DNA of 54,589 bases from an uncultured virus (IMG/VR IMGVR_UViG_3300042298_004026) (IMGVR_UViG_3300042298_004026); one strand, 5' to 3'; shown: positions 19,871 through 28,936, counted from the first letter of the stretch. The notes: a model not told the origin generated them from the sequence alone. A program made the numbers and translations.

Positions 19871-20436
19871 AGGTTATTGCTCTGACAGGTCCGAAAGGAT
19901 CAGGCAAAGACACAGCAGCTGATTTCATTTGTAAATATTATACAAATGTTGAGAAGGCTGCTTTTGCTGATCCGATCAAGTATATTGTGCAGCATATTTT
20001 TAAACTAGATAGTCATTCTAGTCGTGAATATGATCGTCTTAAAAGAAGTAATTTGAGTTTTGAAGATCCGTCTACTCAAACGACATGGCGTGGAATTAAT
20101 GGAAGGCATGTTGTTCGTGAGATTGGTATGTTAATGCGTAGTTATGATGAACAACAATTTAATCACTACATTCAAAAAGCTATTATTGAAGCGGCAGCGC
20201 GCCGCTCCAGTATATTTGTTGTTACAGATTTGAGATTCGACAACGAATATATTATGCTTCGCCGGCACGGAGCAAAGATCGTAAAGATTGCAAGGCCTGA
20301 TTATCAGTATGATGGCCATATTACAGAGCGTGGGTTTGATGATCATTTAATCGATTATGTTATTGACAATAATGGTTCGCTCGGAGCTTTTGAAGTTAAT
20401 GTAATGGATGTGATTGATAAGATTATTAAGGAGTGA
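19867..20436 (+). CDS. Deoxynucleoside monophosphate kinase (T4 gp1-like)
   Basis: IALTGPKGSGKDT, AFADPIK, R..REIG, VTDLRFDNE, HITE. Confidence 0.88.
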   Translation: MKVIALTGPKGSGKDTAADFICKYYTNVEKAAFADPIKYIVQHIFKLDSHSSREYDRLKRSNLSFEDPSTQTTWRGINGRHVVREIGMLMRSYDEQQFNHYIQKAIIEAAARRSSIFVVTDLRFDNEYIMLRRHGAKIVKIARPDYQYDGHITERGFDDHLIDYVIDNNGSLGAFEVNVMDVIDKIIKE

Positions 20437-20438
20437 TT

Positions 20439-21098
20439 ATGAAACATATTATGGGGCCGAACAGTAAGTCACAATTGACTAATGTTCAGCAAGACGATGT
20501 ACAACCAAATGCTGTTGATCTAAGACTTGGCAAAATCTTCAAAGTGTCTTCTTCGACATTTAAAATTGATGAGAAAGAAAAGGTACATCGTGGATCATAT
20601 GAAATCAAACCAGATGCAACTGGGTATTTCAATCTAGCAGAAGGCCATTATGAAGTCGTAATGGAAAATATGATTACGGTTGGAGACAATGAAGCAGGGT
20701 GGGTTATTACGCGCTCTACGCTGAACCGTAACGGCGTCTTCCTCACATCAGGTTTGTATGATACAGGATACGACGGAGTAATGGCTGGAATGATGCACGT
20801 TACGTGTGGTCCAATGCGTATCCAAAAGGGTACACGTATCGGTCAATACCTTTCATTCAATGCCGAATCCCTTCACAAGTACGAAGGAGATTATGGTAAG
20901 AATAAGTCTCACGATAAGAAATATCAGGGCGATCCAACTGTAAGCGCAGCCTCACTTGAAGCTACTATGGCCCTGTTGCAAGGCGACGAGGATAAATCTA
21001 ATCAAGTGCTAAACGAAGCACTTAATCCACCTAAACGTAAACCAGGAAGACCTTTCGGGACAACGAAAGATGAAATGGCAAAAAGGAATTCGCAATGA
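20439..21098 (+). CDS. Trimeric dUTPase/dCTP deaminase family protein
   Basis: QPNAVDLRL, RSTLNRNG, YDTGYDG, GTRIGQ. Confidence 0.85.
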   Translation: MKHIMGPNSKSQLTNVQQDDVQPNAVDLRLGKIFKVSSSTFKIDEKEKVHRGSYEIKPDATGYFNLAEGHYEVVMENMITVGDNEAGWVITRSTLNRNGVFLTSGLYDTGYDGVMAGMMHVTCGPMRIQKGTRIGQYLSFNAESLHKYEGDYGKNKSHDKKYQGDPTVSAASLEATMALLQGDEDKSNQVLNEALNPPKRKPGRPFGTTKDEMAKRNSQ

Positions 21099-21949
21099 CA
21101 TTTGAAATTAAAGTACCTATTGAAGTTCTACGGAGACGTAAACTATTTGTGGCAACACCGATGTATGGTGGAGCTTGTGCAGGCATGTATGCACGCTCTA
21201 TTGCTGACCTGTCTGCTATTTGTACACGTTATGGGATCACGCTTCAGCTCTACTACCTCTTTAACGAGTCACTAATCACACGTGCTCGTAACTACTGTGT
21301 GGATGAGTTTATGCGCAGCGATGCAACACACCTCATGTTTATTGATAGTGATATTGGGTTTAATCCAAACGATGTTATTGCTTTGCTTGCGTTGCAAGAC
21401 GAAGAAAGTCCGTACGATGTGATTGGTGGTCCCTATCCTAAGAAATGTATCTCGTGGGAAAAGATCAAACTAGCTGTCGATAAGGGGTTTGCTGATGAAG
21501 ACCCAAACAGACTAGAGAAGTTTGTTGGTGACTATGTTTTCAATCCTAAAGGTGGACAACGTGAGATTCCTATTGGTCAGCCTGTTGAGGTGATGGAACT
21601 TGGTACAGGGTTCATGATGATTCGTCGCAAGACGTTTGAAGTTTATCGCGATACGTATCCTGAGCTGTCGTACAAGCCCGATCATGTTCGTACTGAAGCC
21701 TTTGATGGCTCACGCGAGATCCATGCATACTTTGATTGTATCATTGATCCACAGAGCAAACGGTATCTTTCAGAGGATTATAACTTTTGTTATCATGTTG
21801 CCAAGGCAGGTATGAAGACATGGTTATGTCCATGGATGAGCATGAACCACGTTGGTAGCTATATCTTTGGTGGTAGCTTGGCTGACCTTGCTGCAATCGG
21901 TGCTCCGGCTACTGCAGATACTGGAATGTTGAAGAAAGGTAAAAAATGA
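21095..21949 (+). CDS. GT-A fold glycosyltransferase-like protein
   Basis: VATPMYGG, ESLITRARN, FIDSDI (DxD), GTGFMMI, LSEDYNFC. Confidence 0.8.
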   Translation: MTFEIKVPIEVLRRRKLFVATPMYGGACAGMYARSIADLSAICTRYGITLQLYYLFNESLITRARNYCVDEFMRSDATHLMFIDSDIGFNPNDVIALLALQDEESPYDVIGGPYPKKCISWEKIKLAVDKGFADEDPNRLEKFVGDYVFNPKGGQREIPIGQPVEVMELGTGFMMIRRKTFEVYRDTYPELSYKPDHVRTEAFDGSREIHAYFDCIIDPQSKRYLSEDYNFCYHVAKAGMKTWLCPWMSMNHVGSYIFGGSLADLAAIGAPATADTGMLKKGKK

Positions 21950-22611
21950 AACTTGAAAATCGTACAGTACAGATTCTAAAGAACTTTGCTACGATTAATC
22001 CTTCAATGTTGTTTCGTGAGGGCAATACGCAGGTAACTATTGCTCCTCAACGGAACATTCTTGCTCGAACGACGGTCGCAGAGAACTTTCCTAAAGAGTT
22101 TGCTATCTTTGATCTATCACGGTTTATTGGAGTGCTATCATTATTTAATGAACCTGAGATTGAATATGATGATTCGCGCCTACTGATTAGTCAAGGCCAG
22201 CAAAAGGTTGCATATACATTTGCTGACCCATCGTTCATTGTGGCACCCCCATCAAAGACGCCTAATGTTCAAGATCCTGAGATCCTGTTTCGCCTGACAT
22301 CCGAGCACTTGCAATCTACTATGCGTGCTCTTGGTGCTCTTCAAGCAACGCATATTATTGTAGAAGGGGATGGCGAAAACATTAGTATTGGTGTTGGTAA
22401 GCCGAGTGATCCGACAGGAGATACATTTAAGATTGAAGTAGGTCTTAGCAACCATTCATTTAAGTTTGCTTTCAAAGCAGAGAACATTAAAATCCTGACA
22501 GGTGATTATGACGTACAAATTTCCTCTCGCAACATTTCTCATTTCAAAGGTAGTGATGTAGAATATTGGATTATGGCAGATGCTAATCATTCCAACTTTG
22601 ATACGAAATAA
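21946..22611 (+). CDS. gp45: Sliding clamp
   Basis: ILKNFATINPS, FAIFDLSRFIGVLSLF, GDYDVQIS, EYWI. Confidence 0.93.
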   Translation: MKLENRTVQILKNFATINPSMLFREGNTQVTIAPQRNILARTTVAENFPKEFAIFDLSRFIGVLSLFNEPEIEYDDSRLLISQGQQKVAYTFADPSFIVAPPSKTPNVQDPEILFRLTSEHLQSTMRALGALQATHIIVEGDGENISIGVGKPSDPTGDTFKIEVGLSNHSFKFAFKAENIKILTGDYDVQISSRNISHFKGSDVEYWIMADANHSNFDTK

Positions 22612-22616
22612 AAAAC

Positions 22617-23555
22617 ATGCGAGAAGATTTTCTTTGGGTCGAGCGCTATCGACCCCGTACTATTCGTGATACGATTCTACCAGAGGAGCTGAAGGTAACC
22701 TTTCAGAAGTTTGTTGATGAAGGTAATATTCCTAATATGCTTTTTACTGGTCGTGCTGGTATTGGTAAGACCACTGTTGCGCGAGCTCTCTTGGAGCAAA
22801 TTGGTGCAGATTATATTGTTATTAATAGCAGTATGCATGGTAATATTGATACTCTTCGCACTGATATACTTAATTTTGCATCAACCGTTAGCTTTAGTGG
22901 GGGTCGTAAATATGTTATTCTAGACGAGGCCGACTATCTCAATCCTAATAGTACACAACCTGCTCTTCGTAATTTTATAGAGCAGTATAGTAAGAACTGC
23001 GGCTTCATCCTCACATGCAACTTTAAAAATAAGTTGATTGAGCCTTTGTGGTCAAGGTGTAGCGTTGTTGATTTTGTTATCCCTAAAGAACAACGCTCAA
23101 AGATGGCTGCCGCATTCTTCAAACGTGTAAAAGATATCCTCACAACAGAAGGTGTAGAGTACGATAGTAAAGCAGTTGTGTCAGTGATTGAGAAACACTT
23201 CCCCGACTGGCGTCGAGTGTTGAACGAACTCCAACGATACTCGGCGACAGGTAGAATCGATACAGGTATTCTATCCAACTTGCAAGAGGAAACATTCAAA
23301 ACACTCGTTGGGTACCTTAAAAATAAGGAATTCACGAACGTTCGTAAATGGGTGGCTGAGAACGCTGATATCGATCAGCATGTATTCTTCCGTAAATTTT
23401 ATGACTCGTCGTATGAGTTTATGAACTCATCTTCAGTAGCACAACTGGTACTACTTCTCTCAAAATACCAATATCAAGCAGCTTTTGTTGCTGATCAGGA
23501 GATTAATATGGCAGCATGCTTGACCGAAGTTATGGTCGAATGTGAGTTCAAATGA
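22617..23555 (+). CDS. gp44: Clamp loader large subunit
   Basis: WVERYRP, GRAGIGKTT, ILDEADYL, SRC, FPDWRRVLNELQRY. Confidence 0.96.
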   Translation: MREDFLWVERYRPRTIRDTILPEELKVTFQKFVDEGNIPNMLFTGRAGIGKTTVARALLEQIGADYIVINSSMHGNIDTLRTDILNFASTVSFSGGRKYVILDEADYLNPNSTQPALRNFIEQYSKNCGFILTCNFKNKLIEPLWSRCSVVDFVIPKEQRSKMAAAFFKRVKDILTTEGVEYDSKAVVSVIEKHFPDWRRVLNELQRYSATGRIDTGILSNLQEETFKTLVGYLKNKEFTNVRKWVAENADIDQHVFFRKFYDSSYEFMNSSSVAQLVLLLSKYQYQAAFVADQEINMAACLTEVMVECEFK

Positions 23556-24082
23556 ACTCTGTTGTGATAACAGGTCATACCGGTGGTCTTGGATCAGTTC
23601 TTATGTCCAAATATCAAGAAAAAGGATGGACCGTATTTGGTGCTTCACGAAGAACAGGGTATGACTTTTCACAGCCTCGCGTAGCTCGTAACTTTTGTGA
23701 ACAGTTACGTGGTTATGATGTTCTGATAAACACAATTACCGGATCAGCTCAACGTAACGTTTTAGAACACATGCACACTCAGTGGAGAGATCAGAAAAAA
23801 ATAATCTTAAATGTTGGTAGTCGTGCAACACAGTATGGAGCTTCACCTTCTATTTCATATAGTGCAGACAAAGCTGCTTTAGATTTTGTTGTATCATCAC
23901 TACAAGCACATGGACCACGTTGGCCAGCTATACTACATATACGTCCGGGTTTTTTTGATTCGAAGCGTGTTGAGTTGAAAAATGTTCCTAAGATGAAGAC
24001 GGAGGATGTAGCTGATATGATTATGTTTATGATCGATAATGTTCATAAGTTTAGAATTCTTGATATGATCCTTGTAGTATGA
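23552..24082 (+). CDS. Short-chain dehydrogenase/reductase
   Basis: ITGHTGGLG (TGxxxGxG), DVLIN, NVGS, YSADK (YxxxK), RPG. Confidence 0.85.
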   Translation: MNSVVITGHTGGLGSVLMSKYQEKGWTVFGASRRTGYDFSQPRVARNFCEQLRGYDVLINTITGSAQRNVLEHMHTQWRDQKKIILNVGSRATQYGASPSISYSADKAALDFVVSSLQAHGPRWPAILHIRPGFFDSKRVELKNVPKMKTEDVADMIMFMIDNVHKFRILDMILVV

Positions 24083-24504
24083 ATCCGTTTGATTTTGTTA
24101 ACAGCATTAACTCAACAGATAAAAAAGATCTTATTAACGCTGGACAAGCCTTAGAAGATGATTATGTTCCGTTTGTTGTTAACAAGGCACTGTCCTACTT
24201 TCCTGAAACGATCCTTTATTCTAATCAGATAAACGCACTACCGCACGCAGGAAAAATACTCCAATATCACTATCTTCTAAATACTGTTCGACCTGGAAAA
24301 AGGTTTGCTAAATGGGTGAAACGTGAGAACGTAGAAGATATTGAGGCTGTCAAAGAGTACTATAGTTATAGCATAGAAAAGGCACACCAAGCGCTTGCAA
24401 TTCTCACGGTTGATAATTTGAATTATATAAAACAAAAATTACAAAGTGGTAGGAATAATGATCAAATTGGAAACCTTAGTAGAAGTGACGCTAGCAAGCG
24501 ATGA
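24079..24504 (+). CDS. gp62: Clamp loader small subunit
   Basis: PFDFVNSIN, YVPFVVNKALS, KRFAKW, VKEYYSYS. Confidence 0.92.
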   Translation: MNPFDFVNSINSTDKKDLINAGQALEDDYVPFVVNKALSYFPETILYSNQINALPHAGKILQYHYLLNTVRPGKRFAKWVKRENVEDIEAVKEYYSYSIEKAHQALAILTVDNLNYIKQKLQSGRNNDQIGNLSRSDASKR

Positions 24505-24853
24505 AGACTTCTTAAAAGTACGCGAGACACTGACACGTATTGGTGTGGCATCCAAAAAAGAAAAGAAGCTATATCAGTCGTGTCATATTCTTCATAAACA
24601 AGGCCTGTACTACATCGTACACTTCAAAGAGTTGTTTGGCTTAGATAATAAGCCTTCAAACTTTTCTGAAGAAGATATTGCACGGCGTAATACTATAGCC
24701 AACTTGATAGCAGAGTGGGGCTTAGTCAAGCTAGTTGACCCGATCAAAACAAAAGAACCTGTTTCAGCTATGTCACAAATAAAAATACTTCCCTACAAAG
24801 AAAAGGATGATTGGGAGCTGGTTGCCAAATACAATATTGGACGCAAACTCTAA
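24458..24853 (+). CDS. regA: Translational repressor RegA
   Basis: DFLKVRETLTRIGVAS, LYQSCHILHKQG, YIVHFKELF, KYNIG. Confidence 0.96.
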   Translation: MIKLETLVEVTLASDEDFLKVRETLTRIGVASKKEKKLYQSCHILHKQGLYYIVHFKELFGLDNKPSNFSEEDIARRNTIANLIAEWGLVKLVDPIKTKEPVSAMSQIKILPYKEKDDWELVAKYNIGRKL

Positions 24854-25164
24854 ATAGGATTGCCTTTATCAACAAGGCTAAATTTACTGCCACCTGTAAG
24901 TATGCAATAAAGACCTGATTTGTGTTTTTCAGCTACTGTCCAGGTCTTTGTTTCACGGTTGACAAATAATATCATTGTTCCAGCATCGCTACCATTTTTG
25001 TCCGCTCGCTCAACCTCACCAATGATGAAAGGTTCCTCTTTGAATTCAGCTAACACTTCGGCCAAGGCTTTAAGTGGGAAACACATCACTTGAAGCATCG
25101 ATTGTGCTTGTGAGTAAGCTAAAGAGGAATAGAGAAGCAGGCCACCTAATAATATTTTTTTCAT
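24850..25164 (-). CDS. Exported hypothetical protein
   Basis: Start reassigned to MKKILLGGLLLYSSLAYSQ (signal peptide); two Cys. Confidence 0.65.
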   Translation of the reverse strand: MKKILLGGLLLYSSLAYSQAQSMLQVMCFPLKALAEVLAEFKEEPFIIGEVERADKNGSDAGTMILFVNRETKTWTVAEKHKSGLYCILTGGSKFSLVDKGNPI

Positions 25165-25186
25165 AGTATTTTCCTTGAAGGTTTGG

Positions 25187-25194
25187 TATTTATC
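25187..25194 (-). promoter_or_regulatory. Candidate late promoter GATAAATA (minus strand)
   Basis: Plus strand reads TATTTATC; 22 nt upstream of the 25164 start. Confidence 0.45.
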
Positions 25195-25712
25195 TACCAC
25201 TTCCCTGCTTCTTGTCCAAAGCCGTAAAACCAAACAAAGAATCGGATTGCGGCTGAAAGTGTTATAATTAATATTATGCCCCAAAAAACATTCTCAACGA
25301 ACTTCTTACGACGCATAGCCTGATCGCGTATCATTTTTTCGCGACGCTCACGTATCTCACGTCGGAGTTGATTGAACTGGCTGTACCCTTCCGCGCCGAG
25401 GTGTTGAAGTTCTCCATAGTAAAACATATTGTAAATGTCCGTCTCCATTTCACGTAGTCTTTGCTGAGCTATAATAATATCAAATGCTTCAGCGGTTTCA
25501 CTCTTACCAAAACCAATCTTTTCGAATAATCCAACCTTCTGTTCACCCGTATCGGTTTTGTGATTGTTTATTAACTGTTGAAGTTGACCGGCTGCATCGG
25601 CCCATTTAGAGAGTTGTCTGTAAACACCTTCTATTTCTTGACCAACAGCAACAGCAGCTTTTAGTCCATTGAAGGCCGCTGTGACCGTTGCCATTAGAGA
25701 GATTGGATCCAT
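25194..25712 (-). CDS. Hypothetical protein with C-terminal TM helix
   Basis: MDPISL..AAF..LK N-terminus, coiled coil, hydrophobic C-terminal segment. Confidence 0.7.
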   Translation of the reverse strand: MDPISLMATVTAAFNGLKAAVAVGQEIEGVYRQLSKWADAAGQLQQLINNHKTDTGEQKVGLFEKIGFGKSETAEAFDIIIAQQRLREMETDIYNMFYYGELQHLGAEGYSQFNQLRREIRERREKMIRDQAMRRKKFVENVFWGIILIITLSAAIRFFVWFYGFGQEAGKW

Positions 25713-26377
25713 TAATTAGCCAGAGGATTGTCTAACGCTTTTTTAATCTTATCATCTACTTCACGGCGTATCGTTCTTAATTCCGCATTTGTTTCACGCT
25801 CAATACGATTGACACGCTCATTAACATTTTGTACCGTAGAGTCAACTTGCTTTTGCATTTCTCTTACTTGTGAATCAGCACTGCGGCGAATCTCTTTTAT
25901 TTCTGCTTCAGTACCAAGTCTAATTTCTTTTATTTCACTGTCAATCTGTCTTCTAATTTGGTTTATATCTTTTTCAACTTCACGTTGAGCAACTTTCGAT
26001 CCGCGTTCAACGCCTTCTAAAACTTGTTCGGTTCGACGAATATCGCCTTTGAGATTCGTGTTCACATCACGGGTGTATCCCAACATCTTTTCGTTATCTG
26101 CTTCTAATTTTATAATTCTTGCTTCATACTCACTGAAATCTGGTGCAACATAATTTGCAATTTTCTTCTTCATGCCCTCATAATCTTTATACGCTTCGAA
26201 TACACCATACATACCACCAATCACAGAAGAAACAATACCAAATGCAATCATTAACTTCGCTGGTGTGAAGCTATAACCACCAATGCTAATAACAGTATCT
26301 TTACTAGCATATTGCTTCATTGCATCCTGAAGTTGATCGACTTTTTTATCGACGTTCTTATCTTCTGTACTGCTCAT
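25712..26377 (-). CDS. Single-TM coiled-coil protein
   Basis: TM segment LMIAFGIVSSVIGGMYGVF followed by long coiled coil with 11-residue periodicity; ends ALDNPLAN. Confidence 0.7.
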   Translation of the reverse strand: MSSTEDKNVDKKVDQLQDAMKQYASKDTVISIGGYSFTPAKLMIAFGIVSSVIGGMYGVFEAYKDYEGMKKKIANYVAPDFSEYEARIIKLEADNEKMLGYTRDVNTNLKGDIRRTEQVLEGVERGSKVAQREVEKDINQIRRQIDSEIKEIRLGTEAEIKEIRRSADSQVREMQKQVDSTVQNVNERVNRIERETNAELRTIRREVDDKIKKALDNPLAN

Positions 26378-27818
26378 CTACCATCTCCTTATGGATTCTA
26401 TCCGACCTTTGATTGAGTTGTCGTAATGCTCTTGCGTTATCTGCAATTGTTGCACGTTTATAAATATCTTCTGCTTTGTAGAAAGGCATATCAGGTAATT
26501 TAGCCTGCTCGTACGCACTAAAACCAGGAACGGTAGACAATGAAGCCATTACAGCATCTTGCGGATCTTGTTGAGCGTTTCTTTGGGAAGATTGTTGACT
26601 TCTCTGTTGATCACCCGCGCGTCGTTGTTGTTCTCTTATTTGTTGCCTTTGTTGTTGGGGTGACTGTGGCGAAACATTACGACTTGTTATATCAGTTCCT
26701 AGTTGCTGAGATTGTTGGTTAGAACTAAGAGCTTGATTAACAATTGGATCACTTGTTACTTGTGGTGTAGTTAATAACTTTGCAACATCTTCATTACCTA
26801 CTGAAGGCACAGGAAGTGATGTTGTTGTAGATACCGCGGTAATCTGTTGTGTAACCGTATAACCTGGGCACTGTGGGTTGCTTTGTGGGTTTGCAGAACA
26901 TGCATCAGCAATTTGTTTCTTTCTAAAAGCGTCGGCATATCCTGGGCAACCAGAATTGTAGAGCGGATTTAACGAACACTGTTGGTTGAAAAATGCTTGT
27001 TGATAAAGAGTGCATGCCTGAGAAAAAAGGGGATTGCGCGCGCACTGTTGGTTTAAATAAGCTGATTGATACCCAGGGCACTCAGGTGAATACAAAGGGT
27101 TCATCGAGCATTGTTGATTTCTATATGCCTGGGCATAACCTTGACAGTTAGGGCTGTATAAAGAATTGATACTACACTGTGATTGAAAAAATGCTTGTTG
27201 ATAATTAGGGCAAGTTGTTGCATAAAGAGGATTCACTGCACACTCATCAACAACATACATTGCATTCAATGAAATATTTCTAACTTGTGGTCCATAATAA
27301 CCAGCCCAATACCTATCATCCTTTCCGCTAAAACTAACTTCAAATCTATCAACAGATTGAAGATTGAAGGGGCTCCCGTAACTTCTTTTACTACTTACAG
27401 TTTCCCATCCATTAGTCTGATTAAGAAGATAGTTGTCTCTTTGTTTACTAAACCCAAATTCATCTTTCAGATCAACAGCGAAAGAAACGAAGCCTCTATT
27501 GAAGTCACTATTCATATACTGAAATGAATAATTGTATCCATGAAGTCTGAGATGGGTGCCTTGCAAAGCATCTCTCAACTTAATTTCTTGACTTACTATT
27601 TGTTGAGTGTAACCAAACAAAATAGTTTGGGTTGCAGGATTATAAGCTGCGCGATTTCCCCCTGTTGTTCCTCCAGGATTATAATTACCTGTAACAGTAT
27701 TCGCCCAATTGTTTTGTATTAAATTGGGTGTTGTCTGTATATTCTGAGCGTTACAGAAGAATGAGAAGAATAGCCAAGACGCCAAGCCCAGCAGAAACTT
27801 TTTGCCAGAAACTTGCAT
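26358..27818 (-). CDS. Exported Cys-repeat protein
   Basis: Signal peptide, beta-rich domain, ~6 CxxNPLYxxxCPGY repeats, Q-rich linker. Confidence 0.75.
   Translation of the reverse strand: MQVSGKKFLLGLASWLFFSFFCNAQNIQTTPNLIQNNWANTVTGNYNPGGTTGGNRAAYNPATQTILFGYTQQIVSQEIKLRDALQGTHLRLHGYNYSFQYMNSDFNRGFVSFAVDLKDEFGFSKQRDNYLLNQTNGWETVSSKRSYGSPFNLQSVDRFEVSFSGKDDRYWAGYYGPQVRNISLNAMYVVDECAVNPLYATTCPNYQQAFFQSQCSINSLYSPNCQGYAQAYRNQQCSMNPLYSPECPGYQSAYLNQQCARNPLFSQACTLYQQAFFNQQCSLNPLYNSGCPGYADAFRKKQIADACSANPQSNPQCPGYTVTQQITAVSTTTSLPVPSVGNEDVAKLLTTPQVTSDPIVNQALSSNQQSQQLGTDITSRNVSPQSPQQQRQQIREQQRRAGDQQRSQQSSQRNAQQDPQDAVMASLSTVPGFSAYEQAKLPDMPFYKAEDIYKRATIADNARALRQLNQRSDRIHKEMVDEQYRR
26859..27242 (-). repeat. 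Tandem ~22-aa (66 nt) Cys-pair repeats
   Basis: CAVNPLYATTCPNY / CSINSLYSPNCQGY / CSMNPLYSPECPGY / CARNPLFSQACTLY / CSLNPLYNSGCPGY / CSANPQSNPQCPGY. Confidence 0.9.
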
Positions 27819-28299
27819 TTGAATTCTCGCTTAAAGGTTTTGGTTTACGTTCAGGAGAAGTTTCCCAAACTCTTTTTGCATCTTCTCCAATCTTGCCGTC
27901 GACGGGACAGGGTGTTCCAGCATTCATCATAGCTTCGAACACTCGATCGTCTTGGCAGAGGGTAGCCACAGCAGCAACCTTCATCCCCATGTCGTATAGA
28001 TTTTTGGCAAGTTTTAAACGTTCGCAGTTTAAATCACGGACCATTGTTCCACCAGAGATACCTAATATTTGAGTTTGTACAGCTCCACCGACACCGACAG
28101 TACAAAGGTCGTTGTTCAATACATTGAATGAAGGTGATATTGCTGATGCTGGTGGCGATCGAACAGTGGTATCGTTGACACTATTACTGTTTGTAGTTAC
28201 AGTGCTTGTACTTTTTGAATCTGTAACAATCACATCACTTTGTGCAAACGCTAACGAAGACATAACAAAAAGCACCAAAAGTGATAACTTTTTGAACAT
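27751..28299 (-). CDS. Exported Cys-containing protein with C-terminal membrane anchor
   Basis: Signal peptide MFKKLSLLVLFVMSSLAFAQ; PPASAISP, CERLKLAK, LCQD, GTPCP; C-terminal hydrophobic tail. Confidence 0.75.
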   Translation of the reverse strand: MFKKLSLLVLFVMSSLAFAQSDVIVTDSKSTSTVTTNSNSVNDTTVRSPPASAISPSFNVLNNDLCTVGVGGAVQTQILGISGGTMVRDLNCERLKLAKNLYDMGMKVAAVATLCQDDRVFEAMMNAGTPCPVDGKIGEDAKRVWETSPERKPKPLSENSNASFWQKVSAGLGVLAILLILL

Positions 28300-28327
28300 G
28301 TTATATCCTTTCTAACTCTACGGCCTG

Positions 28328-28335
28328 TATTTATC
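28328..28335 (-). promoter_or_regulatory. Candidate late promoter GATAAATA for the minus-strand cassette
   Basis: Plus strand TATTTATC, 28 nt upstream of the 28299 start, which has an AAAGGA SD. Confidence 0.55.
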
Positions 28336-28357
28336 CAATCCATTCCTGGAGGCATGT

Positions 28358-28609
28358 ATGATTAAGTTTGAAGAAACAAAAGACGGATTCATCTTTAGTA
28401 AAGATGGTAAACACTTGGCTATTGGTATTTATGAACAAGGTAGCTTTCATTTGCTTCATGACGATAGGTTGCAGCATTTTTCAAACGCAATGACAGCATT
28501 TGTGCACCTGGGAGATATATACGAACCCCGTGATAACACTTATAAGATTCCAGATCGCTTGAAACCTGTTGACTTCTCAAGAAAACAAAAAGACAATCGG
28601 TTCGTCTAA
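28358..28609 (+). CDS. Hypothetical protein
   Basis: 83 aa ORF with GGAGG SD. Confidence 0.6.
   Translation: MIKFEETKDGFIFSKDGKHLAIGIYEQGSFHLLHDDRLQHFSNAMTAFVHLGDIYEPRDNTYKIPDRLKPVDFSRKQKDNRFV
28569..28597 (+). promoter_or_regulatory. Candidate sigma70-type promoter
   Basis: TTGACT-17 nt-GACAAT upstream of the 28625 gene. Confidence 0.4.
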
Positions 28610-28624
28610 ATGTAAGGAGTAACC

Positions 28625-28936
28625 ATGCCTATCTATTTGATTAATTCCATTTCCACCTTTGCAATGCAGCATGCTATTGAAGCCGACACGCTCGAGCATG
28701 CTCTGGATGAAATGGTTATGACTGAACATGACCGCCATTTTGACGAAGTATCACAAAAATGGCTTGGCGAACAGCTGATCGATGCTCGTGTAATCACAAA
28801 AGAAGAGCTGATTGACCATCTCCAGAAGCTAAAAGAGAATAAAGATTATATGACTTCTCATTGGATGGGCGAGAAGCTGATTCACAAAGTTAAGTACAAC
28901 GGAAGAGAATCAAATGAAACTACAGATAGTAAGTGA
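28625..28936 (+). CDS. Hypothetical protein
   Basis: 103 aa ORF with AAGGAG SD. Confidence 0.65.
   Translation: MPIYLINSISTFAMQHAIEADTLEHALDEMVMTEHDRHFDEVSQKWLGEQLIDARVITKEELIDHLQKLKENKDYMTSHWMGEKLIHKVKYNGRESNETTDSK

Noticed and set aside
26459..26466. Exact TATAAATA on plus strand
   Set aside because: Inside a minus-strand gene with no plus-strand gene downstream; likely chance, though antisense transcription is not excluded.
27728..28315. Plus-strand ORFs of 114 and 67 aa
   Set aside because: Antisense to the better-supported signal-peptide gene 27751-28299.
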